DNA of 64,000 nt from Octopus vulgaris. Lineage: Eukaryota. This document shows, in pieces, positions 41,079-55,681 of the stretch. Made by a program: the position numbers and the translations under genes. The stretch is from NCBI GenBank assembly GCA_951406725.2, contig OX597822.1:110856001-110920000 (forward strand), in the 5' to 3' direction. Numbering within the stretch: position 1 is the first letter of the stretch; the number at the start of each line of letters is the position of its first letter. The notes beneath the pieces are model-generated. The model made no database searches. It had not been told where the DNA came from and was given only the letters and a program-made list of their open reading frames with translations.

Positions 41079-41988
41079 TGATGTTTGCATTTCTTTTCAA
41101 TTATGTGTTGACCAATTTTGAGTTAATTCCTATTGTTCCTGTTAAACGTTGGACAACCAGGATTATTAAGAGCCTTGAACAACATAGCATGTATGTATGG
41201 TTTCTTCTGGCATTTTACCTTCTGAGTTTAAACACATCTGACGTCAGCTTTTCATCCTGATGAGGTCGGTAAAATAAAGTATCAGTCTCAAACTGGTGTC
41301 GATGTAATCTGTTCCATATAAAATACTGGTCTGTACCTAAATTAGAAACAATATTTTATTGCTCTTTTATCGTTCGGTTCATTTGTTCATTTATTTCAGC
41401 ATTTTTATTTCTTTGTATTATCATGTTCATGATTTCTGTCATTATAATTTCCAGTTCTGAGATCCTCATCGCACTCTGCTTTGCTGCTTAATTTATTTAT
41501 TGTTTTTCTCGACTTTTGTTAGTGCTCTGTAACTGTTCTATTGCTTACTTTTGTGTTTTCATGTTGATATTGCTCGTTTTGCACGTGTTATGTCTATCTT
41601 CGTGATTTACATTTTTTAAAAGTAAAAAAAAATCAATGTTCGTTTTATGTTCTTGTACTTTTGCCATCTATTCTTTCTTTTCTCTGTGCTTTTCCCCGAT
41701 TTCAAAGATTTCTGTGGCTTAGAAATCGTACCGTTTTTAGTTCGTTACTCTGCTGGGTTCCAATGTTACGTTTGGATGCGGGCTATTTTCCCTCCAAATT
41801 TTATGTGAGAACCTTGCAATATTTTTTGTGGAGTGTGGATGTAAAATATGCATTCAGAATGGGAAATACTTCTTCTTGTTGTTGTTGTTGTTATTATTAT
41901 TATTCAGTATTTTTATTTTTATAGCGTGTTTTCACTTCACTACCGAGCGCAGCTCTGTGTGCCTTGGGTATGTGCTGTGATTTGTTGT

Positions 41989-41989
<1 letters not shown>

Positions 41990-42084
<95 letters not shown>

Positions 42085-42103
42085 TCATTATTATTATTAT
42101 TAA

Positions 42104-42134
<31 letters not shown>

Positions 42135-42153
42135 GCTATTATTATTATTATTA
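41990..42153. repeat. (ATT)n/(AGT)n compound trinucleotide microsatellite
   Basis: Direct reading. Confidence 0.95.
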
Positions 42154-42433
42154 TCAGCTTTGGTATTCATGTTTTGAACAATGCACTGAGTATCTTATTT
42201 CTTGCAAAAAAAATATATTTGCAGCATGGGAAGCATGAATAATATGGTTTAAGGTTAACAAACATATCCATGGTTACGATAATGTTGAAAATTAATAATT
42301 ATTGTTCGACGGAAAACATTCTTAGAAGATTGTACTCAGGTGTAACAAAGACGTCCAAGGTTAACGGGGAATCTTCGTTGTTCAGAAATAGGTTTAAGAG
42401 TAACAAAATCTCCAACAGTAGCACTTTTAATAT

Positions 42434-42813
42434 GGAAGCACTCCGTCGGTTACGACGACGAGGGTTCCGATTGATCTGATCAACGGAACAGCCTGCTCGT
42501 GAAATTAACGTGTAAGTGGCTGAGCACTCCACAGACACGTGTACCCTTAACACAGTTCTCGGGGATATTCAGCGTGACACAGAGTGACAAGGCCGGCCCT
42601 TTCAAATACAGGTACAACAGAAACAGGAAGTAAGAGTGAGAGAAAGTTGTGGTGAAAGAGTACAGCAGGGATCACCACAACCCCCTGCCGGAGCCTCGTG
42701 GAACTTTAGGTGTTTTCGCTCAATAAACACTCACAACACCCGGTCTGGGAATCGAAACCGCGATCCTACGACCGCGAGTCCGCTGTCCTAACCACTGGGC
42801 CATTGCGCCTCCA
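42434..42813 (-). mobile_element. SINE family C
   Basis: Full copy; TSD cacttttaa. Confidence 0.9.
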
Positions 42814-45800
42814 CTAACACTTTTAACAATGTTGTGTGAGAATGTTCTTTGAACATTTACAGATTCTGATTCTCCCGTCCATTACAAAGTGTCGATGACT
42901 ATCTTTATAAATTTATAATATTTTAATGTCTTTAGGCTGAAGATTGTATATTACGTCAGAAGTGCCAAATACAATTGAGGTGACAGACATTTTCCTCATT
43001 CCCATAAAAATTAGTTCAACAGATAGACTCGCGTATTTCCATTACTTCTGTACAGTAATACATTAATTTATATTTATTACGTTGATGATTAATACGCCAT
43101 TGCAATTTATATCATTCATATCAATTTATATCATTCATTATAGAATGAATGACGTAGTTCTGCGCTTTCTGTTGTTCTATCATTTCGGTAAATTTCTATA
43201 ATATTTTCACATTGTGATTTTATTTTACAAGAGGAGTATTCATAGTTCATGTAGGATACTTTTTATGTATATGTACCAGAGAAATTTTTTCTCTATTCAG
43301 TAGAATTTATGGATTAGATGCATGTATAGTACCTTTGCAACGTAATTGAGTATTCAGGTATACTTTGTTGGATCTAGGAAATATTCTACACAAATGATTT
43401 GGCACTTATATTCTACGAGTCTTTTCAATATAACAAATGATGACAGCCTGTTCCTTTATATCGGATACTGTGACAGTTGCTTCCACATTCAGACCAGTTT
43501 TATGTATTCAGGCCACTGATATTTCTCTTTACTTAAAGGGTTTTGCTATAATAAGTATCGGCTACGTAAATATATGTTTTCCTAGTCCTTCACTATAACC
43601 GACGTATGCGCATTTGCAAATCTCTTTCTAGCTGATCAATTTTTGAGGCAATTAATTGTGATTGTTTGATATTACGAATACAATCGATTCGTTACTTTTT
43701 CGACAATATTCCCAAAGAGTGCGAATCAAGCAATCTTATAGTAAGATATTGTCCGTTGCCTCTAAATAGTCCCTATTTTCTCTGCTAGTGATGCATTGTT
43801 GTCAAGCTTACTGTCTAGTATGTGGTGTTGTAACAGTTTTGTGTACTACATTCTAGAGAATTTACTTTTTCTAAACCAGTTCCACAGATCTATGTGTTAT
43901 AAATGGCATTTCAATCGTATTTATAATCTTCGATGCTCCAGCATAGCCACAGCCTTAGGGCCAAAATGTATAAAAGCCTAAAAGAATAAAAGAATATTAG
44001 ATTAGTTTTTAATATATTTTGTTTTATTTTGCCAAAAGCCTTTAATTTTTAATTTGTGTTCGGTTACATTTAATATACAAAATGTTTACCCTCATCTCAT
44101 TTAGGCCCCAATATTTGAAGAATGCAGAATTGGAGAGGTTTTCTTTTATTTTGTTTCTCTACTCAGTTTATTTTGTTTCATTGCCAGCTTTTTTTTTATA
44201 TTCATTCAGTCAAATCGACAAAGTGATGTCTTACTGGATAACACCAATATATTATATACATTTCTTGTCTCTGTTAACCTATTTAAAGGTAACGGCATAA
44301 TATGAAATCTAGAACCGGAAGTGTTATTCTCTTATAGGTTTCCGGTAGATATCTATGTTAGGGTTGACCTCATAGTAGATGTGTTTCTGGAGATGAAAAC
44401 AACTCTCAGTTGTATTACATTTTCATTCTTGCTGTAAAAGTGTTCACCATATCCACGTTAAACTGATATACAAACTGCGGTTTCTATAAACGTCCCATTT
44501 ACAAACGCGTGGATATCTTGCTGCGCATGTAAGGGCGTGGCAAATTCTTATTCGAACCTTGGCACTTTGTATTAACTCATTGTTAAAAATAGCAGATTAG
44601 TTGTCTCGCAGAACTTCAGCATTTACCCTTTTCTCTCTATAGGCGCTCCATTATATTATAAAAGTTAAAGTGTCTGTTGGGCTGTATTTTAGGGAGCGTT
44701 TTGAATATTATCACATGAAATGAATGACCGGAAGGTAGATGCATCTTGTATTGTATTGGTCTTTTCTTGGCATCATTCATGTCCAACTGAAAAGGGGCCA
44801 TCTACGTTATTCATCTATTTGTTAAGATGATGTGAAAGCAAACGTTGTTGCTTGGCAGTTCAGTTTCTTTTAAAGCAATCAAAAGTTTTAAATATGAAGA
44901 CTGGCACTCTCCTTTCAAGACAAGCATGTAAAAGAAATCAAATTACATTACACAACCTTTTCAGAACGTTTTCAAAAACACGTACCATATGATGATTATA
45001 TAGCGCAAACAGACAAACACGATTTTAAATGCGAGGACGCTTCAAACAAAATATTCCCTGCTATAAACTATAAATTTAAACTAGAAACAGCATAAGAGAA
45101 AAACCTGACTGTCAAAATTATATCCTTGAAAACAACCTGCATAAATTCTTTGTACATTGCTGATAGCGTGAGCCTTCATCTCTGTTGACTTTAAGTGTGT
45201 TGACGTAAATGTATGCCTATAATTCAAGCTCGCAAAATTTGCTTAAAGCAAGCCTCAAATCAGATAATTGAAATTGAAAAACCATTTTCATGTTCTCTGG
45301 AAATGGTTTTTCGATTCAATTACTGCTACATACTCTCAGAACCGGGTATTGTTTTTCTCTTATAATTATTTTTGTTTCCAAAAATCGGTTTCCAAATGTT
45401 TCTAATGTTTCCCTAGCGTGCTTCTTATCAACTCCTATACTGTTACAGTCTATTGTCCTATACAATTTTTCGGGTTGATTCAAAGTGATCGTTTTAACAG
45501 TAACGTTTTTCTTTAATTCAATACCCTTTTTTATCATTTTTTTCTTTTGGTACACATACATTTCTGTTAAGTATTTGGTTGATTACGATAGTATTTGCTT
45601 TTTGTTTTTCATAGTATTTAATCATCACATGGTACGTATCTTAGTTAAAAGCTATCAAAAGTACATATAATATTATCTGGCTTATTTTACTTTCTTCACG
45701 ATGTAAGATTATCTACTCCAAAGTTTAATTTATTCCTCATGTTGTTAATTCGATCTTGCTAACTTCTGTCTTTTGTAACGCTACATTATTTACCAGGCAT

Positions 45801-46019
45801 TGTCCTTGGTTGCGAGTATGCAACACTATCGAAAATTGTTTAGCAAGCCGAATGAAATAAGGGGATCAAAATAGAGTTGATATCAGCTTTTCTCGTGATG
45901 AAAATCCATACTTTTTTTTCATCCTTTTTTTCCTTTGCAGGATCTTGTATCATTTACACGGGTTATTTCATTTCATATCGATTTAATTTCTAACAACACT
46001 GACTTCAAGTATGTGTTTT

Positions 46020-47080
46020 TAGTCAATAACTCGGGTTCCTTTTATTGAACCTGCTCGCAGTTCATTTATTTTTATTCGGCGTCTGGCGGTCGTCTTAGAG
46101 GTGTCCTGTGTCAAATAATATTCGTAGCAGACGTTCTCTCGATATCGTTCACACGCGCCTGACTCGGGCCCAGAAGTTACAGCCTGAATTGTTATCAATA
46201 ATCGTAAAAAATAAAAGTAATTCAAATTCAATGTTTTCTTGAAATAACAAATTTCTATAGAAATTAGTATTTACAGGAGGTCCAGTCATTGCAAATATTT
46301 GTCTCAAGAACGGAGCCCACCTACGTTTGCCGTCACTGAGTCGTTGCAGGTGATGAGACCTCAGCCCGTGTCTGTGCATCAGAAACCACGACATGTCTAA
46401 GATGCTACGCAGAGACTGCTAGTTGTTGACTATCTCTCTGACCGTTGGAACGAGGCTTTACCTCAAGAAAGTAAATAAGAGACATTCCAGCTTGATCACG
46501 CGGTAGCCGAGGCGATGCACAACTCTCATGCGATAAATAGTAAGGCTGCGAGCTGGCAGAAACGTTAGCAGGCCGAATGAAATGCTTAGCGGTATTTCGT
46601 CTGCCGCTACGTTCTGAGTTCAAATTCTGCCAAGGTCGACTTTGCCTTTCATCCTATCGGGGTCGATAAATTAAGTACCAGTTACGCACTGGGGTCGATA
46701 TAATCGACTTAATCCGTTTGTCTGTCCTTGTTTGTCTCCTCTGTGTTTAGCCCCCTGTGTGTAGTAAAGAAATAGATAAATAATAACAGATGCGATGCAG
46801 GCATTCACCACCTTAGTCTGACCTGTTTTGGAAAGCTTCCTTTCGACATATTTCGATGCAAGATAGACCGCCTCGTTCATCATCTCGTTTACTTGGAGGA
46901 ATTAACTGAGCAGTTTCATCGCTCCTGCAGTCTAGCGTCCAACAACGATGTTCCACAACAAAAACCTGTTTCTTCAGCTTCCTAACCACAAGACTAGATA
47001 ATGTGACGTAATGCCAGCTGGATACGATGTTTCATGGGGTTAGATGACAGTAAGAATCGTCCTAACCAGGACTGCCACAT
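46020..47080 (-). pseudogene. Decayed L1/Tx1-like LINE ORF2 C-terminal fragment
   Basis: VERKLSKTGQTKVVNACIASVI.Y..LDMSWFLMHRHGLRSHHLQRLSDGKRRWAPF resembles the post-RT region of Tx1/L1 ORF2; interrupted by a SINE. Confidence 0.55.
46543..46773 (+). mobile_element. SINE family B
   Basis: Full copy; gataaata on both flanks. Confidence 0.9.
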
Positions 47081-47170
47081 TATGTGGGCAAATAATCTTT
47101 ATTATTTGAATTGAAAAAAATTAATTAATACTTTCATTTGATTCTTTGAAAAACTATATTTTTACATCTT

Positions 47171-47325
47171 AGCTGTGTGGTAAGTAGCTTGCTAACCAAC
47201 CACATGGTTCCGGGTTCAGTCCCACTGCGTGGCATCTTGGGCAAGTGTCTTCTGCTATAGCCCCTGGCCGACCAATGCTTTGTGAGTGGATTTGGTAGAC
47301 GGAAACTGAAAGAAGCCTGTCGTAT

Positions 47326-47380
<55 letters not shown>

Positions 47381-47580
47381 CTATATCTGTGTTTGTCCCC
47401 CTAGCATTGCTTGACAACCGATGCTGGTGTGTTTACGTCCCCGTCACTTAGCGGTTCGGCAAAAGAGACCGATAGAATAAGTACTGGGCTTACAAAGAAT
47501 AAGTCCCGGGTCGATTTGCTCGACTAAAGGCGGTGCTCCAGCATGGCCGCAGTCAAATGACTGAAACAAGTAAAAAAGAA
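47171..47580 (+). mobile_element. SINE family A, slightly 5'-truncated
   Basis: Head, microsatellite and tail. Confidence 0.9.
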
Positions 47581-48854
47581 TATACTCAACAGAAGTTCTG
47601 AACTAGTTTCAAGTAGCAAATACAGAGATTAATATCGGTTATCTTTGGGGAGTGGGGAGTCGATTCGATCGACCACAGTATGCAACTGGTACTTAATTTA
47701 TCGAGCCCGAAATGATGAAAGGCAAAGACGAACGAAATAACGCTAATCATTTCGCCCCGCGTGCTAACGATTCTGACAGCTCGACGCCTCTATATTTTTA
47801 CATATTACTTATGTAATGACTACGTGGATGATGTAATGATGTATCCTTAAATCCTTAAAAATGTTTTAGCTCGAAGGCCGCGGCCATGCTGGGGCACCAC
47901 CGTATATATATGTTGCGTGTGTGTGCGGAGTGTGTGTGTATCTGTGCGTATTTGTACATGTACACCATTTCTGCCATTTAACCCACATCAACGGTCATTT
48001 TCTCTCGTTGTATCCCTTAAGAAGATTTCTCTTATGAACACATCCCTTATTTCAAAAAGTGATTAACTATATCCTTCATTACGTTTCTCTTGTTCATTCA
48101 TAAACCCATACAATTTTCAATAGAGTTTCATACATAACAGAGTAAGAACTGCAACTTTTCACGCATTTCTATATTTTCAACCTGATTATTTCTACTCATA
48201 CCTCGTGCTCGAACATTAATATAGAATTCTCAATACCTGTTCATTACTTATATCTATGCGTGTGTGTGTGTGAGAGAGAGAGAGAGAAAGAGGGGGACAG
48301 ACAGAGAGACAGAGAGAGGGGGAGTTGTGTGCTTATATATATATATATGTATGTGTGCATTATACGATGATCGCATCCTCTAATTTCCTTTTCTGCCAGT
48401 TATACCCTATTACTAACATTCTCTACATTCTCGGTCTTATTTACTTTTTACTTCTTTTATTCTTCTTTCTTTCTTTCTTTATTTATTTACTTATTTCTTC
48501 CTTCCTTCCTTTCTTCCTTTATTTCTTCCTCGCCTTCTTTTGTTGTTCTGTCTTTTTTATTTGTTTGTTTTAATTTTACACTTTACCATCTGCTTTTCAT
48601 CACAGCTCAGCTGGTTTCCAGTAACCAAATATTACATCACTTTTATATTAAATCCCCATTATTAAAAATCTCAAATATGTGTTTATCAATATATAACAGT
48701 TAACCCATTGCTCGCCCGATGGACTGAAACACACATTGTTGTTATATTGTAACACTTAAACGTCAGCTTGAATTTTAAGCTATATTTCTCAACTCTTTTT
48801 TCCGATATACAGTTTGATCTCTCTATGCTGTTACTTGCATTTACTCCTCTCTCG

Positions 48855-48901
<47 letters not shown>

Positions 48902-50149
48902 TCAATAAATGGTGGGGTTGTGTTGACCGCACGTGGAGAAATGATAAGTAAGGAAAATTTTTTTTAAAAATGCAGAAGGCTCAAATGAAAGAAAATTTTA
49001 ATAAAATGAGAAATTGATAAAATATATAAATATATATTTATTCAACCGGTTTTCGTCATTGTATGACTTGTCAAGAATATTTATGTTTTAAGAAGTTTTT
49101 TTAAAAATTAGAAAGGGGAAAAAAAGAAAATTGCATTGTTTTTTGTAAAAGAATAATGATAAAAATGTACAAAAATTAAAAATAAGTTCTCCGATACATT
49201 GTGAGTTCGTTGTGTATCTTGAGTTTTATGGTTGTTTACGAAAAAATTACCTTGAGGTGTTAAGATCCAAAGGGATTAAGAGCATGTGTTGTGTTGTGTT
49301 GTTAAATTTAGCATGTTTGCAGGACAGGAAGTAGTAGTAATTGTGGTCCTGGTTCTTCAGTTCCTGTGTTGTGAGTAAGGGGAGACAACTCTTTTGAGTT
49401 CTTCAATAAAACCCAAATTATAAAACTATCATTTTAGCTTCATTTGCATTATCTTTTTTATATAATTGCTTGTTAACTTAACTTTCAGATTTTAACACTT
49501 TATTTATATTATTTTCTAATAATATAAATCTGCATAGACAATTGCATTTCAAATTGTCATATCATTTATAATAAAAATGATAGTAATAACAACAATAGTA
49601 AAAATGATATTTAAAGAATATAAGTTTTAGCTTGAAGGTATGAATGCATGGTATCTTTATATATTTGTGTTAGTCCATCCATGAAGAGTGAGGTAGAGAA
49701 AGGAAGTTTGATCAACGAGGAGTTTGCATATTAAGGCTCCCCTCCCTCACACTAATAACAAACAAGGCATCCTACCCACACCGATACATATAAGACCCAC
49801 CCAACGAACCCCCTATAGTCCACCCATCCAACAACCACATTCCTACCACATCTCCTACAGATCTCCAAACCCTCACATCCCACACGAACCCAATCACCAC
49901 AACTACATACCCCCCTACATCCCCCCATACAATCTACCAGTCACACACCCACAAACCCATCGCATTTCTCACAAATCCTTACACCATCGCATCCCATACC
50001 AACACAAATACGACAACTACCTACCCCCCTCCAACCTCCCCACCCAAAAACACTCCTACACATACAACCAGAACTTTAACAAAGAATACACCCCTTACCT
50101 CAACAACCATTTTTTAGACAGAGGGGAAAAATACAAACACCACCGCTAA

Positions 50150-52428
50150 CACAGACCCAAAATAAGAAAACAAAGATTATAAACCTCTCCAGCCAAACAC
50201 TGACACCAACCCAAATCAACATCCTAGCAAGAGGTTTGAAATTCACACCCACCCCAAGAACACCCAACCCCCGGAGGTCAAGGATGACGTTTCTGAATTC
50301 TGCAGAAAACTTCGCCTAACAGAAGCTTTGACAGATATCAACAATGGGGACGATTCATTGATCAGAAATAAAAGCAACTTCCTACCACCAAAAGGGAGAA
50401 ATAAAACACTGGACGATTTCTGTAAACACATCCAGAGTCTCCCCTTTACCCCAAGCAAAACCAAGGTAAAATCCAATTTCAGTAAGGAAGAATGGGAAAA
50501 CCTACGTGACATACAACTGGATAAAAACCTCACCATCAAAGAAGCGGACAAAGGGAGTGCTGTGGTCCTTATGGACACGGAATTTTATAAACACCTAGTG
50601 TTCTCCATGCTTAACAATAACATTTTCTATGAGGTTATTAACAACTACAAACAGCAAAAAACAATCAGAAACCTCACCACACTCATACGCCAACACGGTC
50701 AGGGACTCACAGAAAAAGAAAGGGATTATATCACCATTTTCAAATGCAAGCCCAGCCTTTTTTATGGCCTTCCTAAAATCCATAAAAACAAATACATCAC
50801 CGAAGCCTGCAAACTCTCCACTGACATCCACATCAACATCAAAGCACCGGAGGACCTAAAACTAAGGCCCATCGTGGCTGGTACCTCCTGTGAAACACAC
50901 CGCCTGAGTAACTTCCTAGACATCCTTTTGAAACCTTTCCTTACCCACATCAAAAGTTTCATTGGGGATGATCTGGACATGCTCAAACACCTCCCGAAAA
51001 CAGTTAACGAGGAGGCACTCCTGGTATCCTTTGATGTCATCAACCTCTACACCAACATTCCACATGAGTATGGTATAGAGGCAATTGACTTCTGGCTAGA
51101 AAAACACCCAGAGACATTCCCTGACCGCATTAACAAGTCTTTTATTACAGAATCTCTTAAGTTCATTCTGACAAACAATTTTTTTCTCTTCGACGACACA
51201 CACCACCGTCAAACATGTGGCATTGCGATGGGTACCAAGGCTGCACCAGTCCTTGCGAACCTCATAATGGGTTACTTCGAACTGTCACTCTATGAAATAT
51301 CAAGCCAGAAATTTGGACATGTTTTCCACACCTACCTAATGGAAAACTGGAAAAGGTATTTAGATGATTGTTTCATCATATGGAAAGAACCTTATGAAAA
51401 ACTCCTGGAATTCAAAACCATACTAAACAACATACATCCCAACATCCAATTCACTATGGAATTAAGCAAACATCATCTCCCATTCCTTGATCTCCTAATT
51501 ATAAAAACACCTAAGAACCAAATCATAACAGACATCTACTACAAACCTACAGACTCACAACAATACCTCCTCTTTAGTTCATGCCACCCAAAACACACCA
51601 AGACAAATATCCCTTTCAATTTAGCTAAAAGGGTATGCACCATTGTCTCGGATCCAAAAACACGAGAAATACGCCTTCAAGACCTCAAAAAAACACTATT
51701 ACAACGTCAATATCCCTCCACCCTTATAGAGTATGGAATAAAACGCGCCAAAGAACTAGACAACACTACACTGAAAACCACCCAACCTAACACCACACAC
51801 AACCTCAAAATACTTCCATACATTTCCACCCACAACCCCAAAAATATCGAAGCATACACCACAATCATACAAAACCTCAGTCTACTGTCAACAGACCCAA
51901 AAATGAAAAACATTATAAATACACACAAAATCCTCAAAATGAAAAAGGCAACACAAATCTTTAAAAAAACTCTTGACAAATGCCAAACTTCACACACCAC
52001 ATCCACCCCCAACAGTAAAAAAATGTGCACGCTCAAACTGTGGTACCTGCCCCTTTCTACTTGAAGGCTCTGAATTTACCTTCAAACAAGGTACGAAGTT
52101 TAAAATCAAGACTAACTTCTCCTGTTCCTCCGAGAACCATATCTACGTTCTCACATGCGCTGGTTGCCAACATAATTATGTTGGACAAACGAGTCTCCCG
52201 TTACGTAAACGAGTAACGGTGCATAAAGAACAAATAAATCTCCCGGAATACCGACAAATTCCACTGAGTGACCACTTAGACTCATGTGCTAAAGACTTAA
52301 ACCCCAAATTCTATATATTCCCCTTCTACCAATGTAAAGACGGGATCACCACACAGGAGAGAATTAACAAGGATAATCTCTTTATTGAAAAATTCCAAAC
52401 ACAACTTAATATGCAAACTCCTCGTTGA
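50150..52428 (+). pseudogene. PLE polyprotein: reverse transcriptase + Cys-rich linker + GIY-YIG endonuclease; two frameshifts (~50270, ~51940)
   Basis: IINLSS..LARGLKFTPTP; IKEADKGSAVVL; FYGLPKIHK; LRPIV; SFDVINLYTNIP; GIAMGTKAAP; RYLDDCF; LPFLDL; CARSNCGTCPF; HIYVLTCAGCQHNYVGQT..RVTVHK. Confidence 0.93.
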
Positions 52429-53075
52429 TCAAACTTCCTTTCTCTACCTCACTCTTCATGGATGGACTAACACAAATATATAAAGATACCATGCATTCAT
52501 ACCTTCAAGCTAAAACTTATATTCTTTAAATATCATTTTTACTATTGTTGTTATTACTATCATTTTTATTATAAATGATATGACAATTTGAAATGCAATT
52601 GTCTATGCAGATTTATATTATTAGAAAATAATATAAATAAAGTGTTAAAATCTGAAAGTTAAGTTAACAAGCAATTATATAAAAAAGATAATGCAAATGA
52701 AGCTAAAATGATAGTTTTATAATTTGGGTTTTATTGAAGAACTCAAAAGAGTTGTCTCCCCTTACTCACAACACAGGAACTGAAGAACCAGGACCACAAT
52801 TACTACTACTTCCTGTCCTGCAAACATGCTAAATTTAACAACACAACACAACACATGCTCTTAATCCCTTTGGATCTTAACACCTCAAGGTAATTTTTTC
52901 GTAAACAACCATAAAACTCAAGATACACAACGAACTCACAATGTATCGGAGAACTTATTTTTTAATTTTTGTACATTTTTATCATTATTCTTTTACAAAA
53001 AACAATGCAATTTTCTTTTTTTCCCCTTTCTTTTTTTCCCCTTTCTAATTTTTAAAAAACTTCTTAAAACATAAA

Positions 53076-53116
53076 TATTCTTGACAAGTCATACAATGAC
53101 GAAAACCGGTTGAATA
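53076..53116 (+). ncRNA. Hammerhead motif in the PLE pLTR, U3-A8 variant (copies at 49039-49079 on - and 58888-58928 on +)
   Basis: UAUUC-UUGACAA-GUCAU(ACA)AUGAC-GAAA-ACCGGU-U-GAAUA: 5-bp stems I and II, palindromic stem III. Confidence 0.75.
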
Positions 53117-53204
53117 AATATATATTTATATATTTTATCAATTTCTCATTTTATTAAAATTTTCTTTCATTTGAGCATTCTGCATATTAAAAAAAATTTT
53201 TCCT

Positions 53205-53249
<45 letters not shown>

Positions 53250-53528
53250 CATATATATATATATATATATCAAAAATTGTGAAGCATGACTGTCAACACT
53301 ACTACATGAACCCGAAGATTGCAGAATTCAATGCATGAAAGTACTAGTTCAATCAGAATGAATATTTAACATTCTACTATTTCATTTTATTTTATTCAAT
53401 TATAATATATTATCTTATAATATATCATTATAAGATTATAAATAAAACGTGAAAATCAGACAAGGTTGGAATTCTTTTTATTAATATATTCTTCTATACA
53501 CAATCACACACACCCATATATATATATA

Positions 53529-53583
<55 letters not shown>

Positions 53584-53584
53584 C

Positions 53585-53782
53585 TTTATGAAAATAAACA
53601 AGAGACAAAGGCATGTGGAATACAAACAAACAATTGTATTAGTATGGCGCTCAGGAATATAAATAAAACAAGTCTTTTACGTTTCGAGCCTACGCTCTTC
53701 AACAGAAAGATACACAGAAAAGAAACACGGAGAGAAACAAGAAGAGAAAAAAAATGCGTGCAGAAGCTAGCGAATCAACATG
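53585..53782 (-). mobile_element. Penelope-terminus-like module with hammerhead-like motif (53674-53709)
   Basis: Minus strand CUUU-CUGUUGA-A-GAGC(GUAG)GCUC-GAAACGUA-AAAG. Confidence 0.6.
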
Positions 53783-53799
53783 GATATATATATATGCAC

Positions 53800-53866
53800 A
53801 TATTTGCTACTACCACCGAGATCTGCACCCGCGGTCGGTTTCACCCGGGCTCGCGCCTGCGGCTTC
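53800..53866 (-). pseudogene. 67-bp 28S rRNA fragment
   Basis: Minus strand gaagccgcaggcgcgagcccgggtgaaaccgaccgcgggtgcagatctcggtggtagtagcaaatat matches the conserved eukaryotic LSU segment GGTGCAGATCTTGGTGGTAGTAGCAAATATTC. Confidence 0.85.
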
Positions 53867-53874
53867 CATATGTA

Positions 53875-53984
53875 TACGAGGGTTCCATGAGATGTTTTGA
53901 GCCTTGCAGTCTTGTAGCTTCATCAGAAGTCTTGTAGCATGTTTTGTTTTTTTGAGGCTCAAGACTTTCCATACACCCTTGGTA
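53875..53984. mobile_element. Tiny mariner-like TIR pair
   Basis: tacgagggttccatgagatgttttgagcct versus reverse complement taccaagggtgtatggaaagtcttgagcct. Confidence 0.45.
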
Positions 53985-53994
53985 TATCTATCTC

Positions 53995-54132
<138 letters not shown>

Positions 54133-55124
54133 GGTATATGTATATATATATGTATATATATATATATGTATATATATACATATATATATATGTGTATATA
54201 TACACATATATATATGTCTATATATATACACATATATATATGAATATATATATATATATATACATATATATAAATATATACATACGTACATATATGTGTG
54301 TATATGTATATATGTGTGTGCGTTTGAGCATTTATGTGCTTATGTGTGTGTGTGTATATGTGTGTCTATACTTTACAGTTCTGTCAAGGTAAGGTCGACA
54401 ACACCTACTCAATCTAGTGAAAGATATAAAATAGTGTAAGAATATCAGTTAATGTATACAATATAAAGGTATTAATAGTTTCAGGTTTCGAGTCGAGGGC
54501 CTAGGCAGGTTTTAATAACACGTTTTGAAGCGCTGGGCACGAGATCTATTCAATTTGCAAAACAGGATACTGATACAAGAGAAATCACGTGAAAGAGACA
54601 AGAAGGCTGATGCAAAATGCGGAAGGATGAATAGAAATGGAAAAGTAAAAGAACATTTGAGTCATGACCATTGTGAACTTAAAGCTATAATAAATCTAGT
54701 TGTAAAATAATTCAACGGAAAAGAGGGCAAAGTCTTCGAGATAGCTGCTCACTCGGGAGCTACGGCTAAAAGAACTTCAGAAATGTGTAATATGCCTCAT
54801 GAACTTCATAAAAGAGATGAAGTTTTAAAATTCCAAAGTTCTATATCAAACTGTGATAAGGCGTCCAATATCTTTTGAAGTTTGGGAAAAGATTAAATTC
54901 TCAGTATACCAAAAAAAAAAGAAAAAGGAAAGTAAAATGTTTATGGAACGGGCTACAGCACCTAACAAATATATACATTGAACAAAATAAGTAAAATGTA
55001 ATAAATATCAAATGCAACCAGATAGGGGCAGATAGATTAAATACATTCTAAGTTGAGGGTTTTTATGGGCATCCCTTCAACCAACATGAAAAAAGCACAT
55101 AATTATACATGTTCGATATTTTGC

Positions 55125-55345
55125 ACTCTTTTACTCTTTTACTAGTTTCAGTCATTTGACTGTGGCCATGCTGGAGCACTGCCTTTAGTCGAGCAAATCG
55201 TCCCCAGGACTTATTCTTTACAAGCCTAGTACTTATTCCATCGGACTCTTTTGCCGAACTGCTAAGTTACGGGGGCGTAAACACACCAGGATCTGTTGTC
55301 AAGTGATGTTGGGGGGACAAACACAGACACACAAACACACATACA

Positions 55346-55404
<59 letters not shown>

Positions 55405-55630
55405 TTTATTTAAAGCAGCAGAAAATTCAACAAAACCTGTTACTCTGAGTTTCGCGTTGCCGTTCATCGGACAGTTTTTTCTAGCAAAAACTGTCCGACA
55501 AACGGCAACGCAAAACTCAGAGTAACAGGTTTTGCTGAATTTTCTGCTGCTTTAAATAAAGCATATTACTCTACCACTGGTATTTGAGTACTCTTTTTTC
55601 CACCTTGTTTCACATTTATGTGTTTACTCC

Positions 55631-55681
<51 letters not shown>

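Larger units (their letters stand above)
48900..53208 (+). mobile_element. Penelope-like retroelement with inverted 5' pLTR, inserted in (TA)n
   Basis: ~48945-49735 is the reverse complement of 52405-53208, nearly identical; RT/GIY-YIG ORF in between; (TA)n on both sides. Confidence 0.93.

Noticed and set aside
45915-45965. Strong pyrimidine tract + AG acceptor (tttttttcctttgcag)
   Set aside because: No convincing donor or coding frame follows; such tracts are common in AT-rich DNA.
49724-50149. 142-codon Pro/His-rich ORF as a separate gene
   Set aside because: Starts inside the inverted pLTR and lies in the C/A-rich 5' part of the Penelope element.
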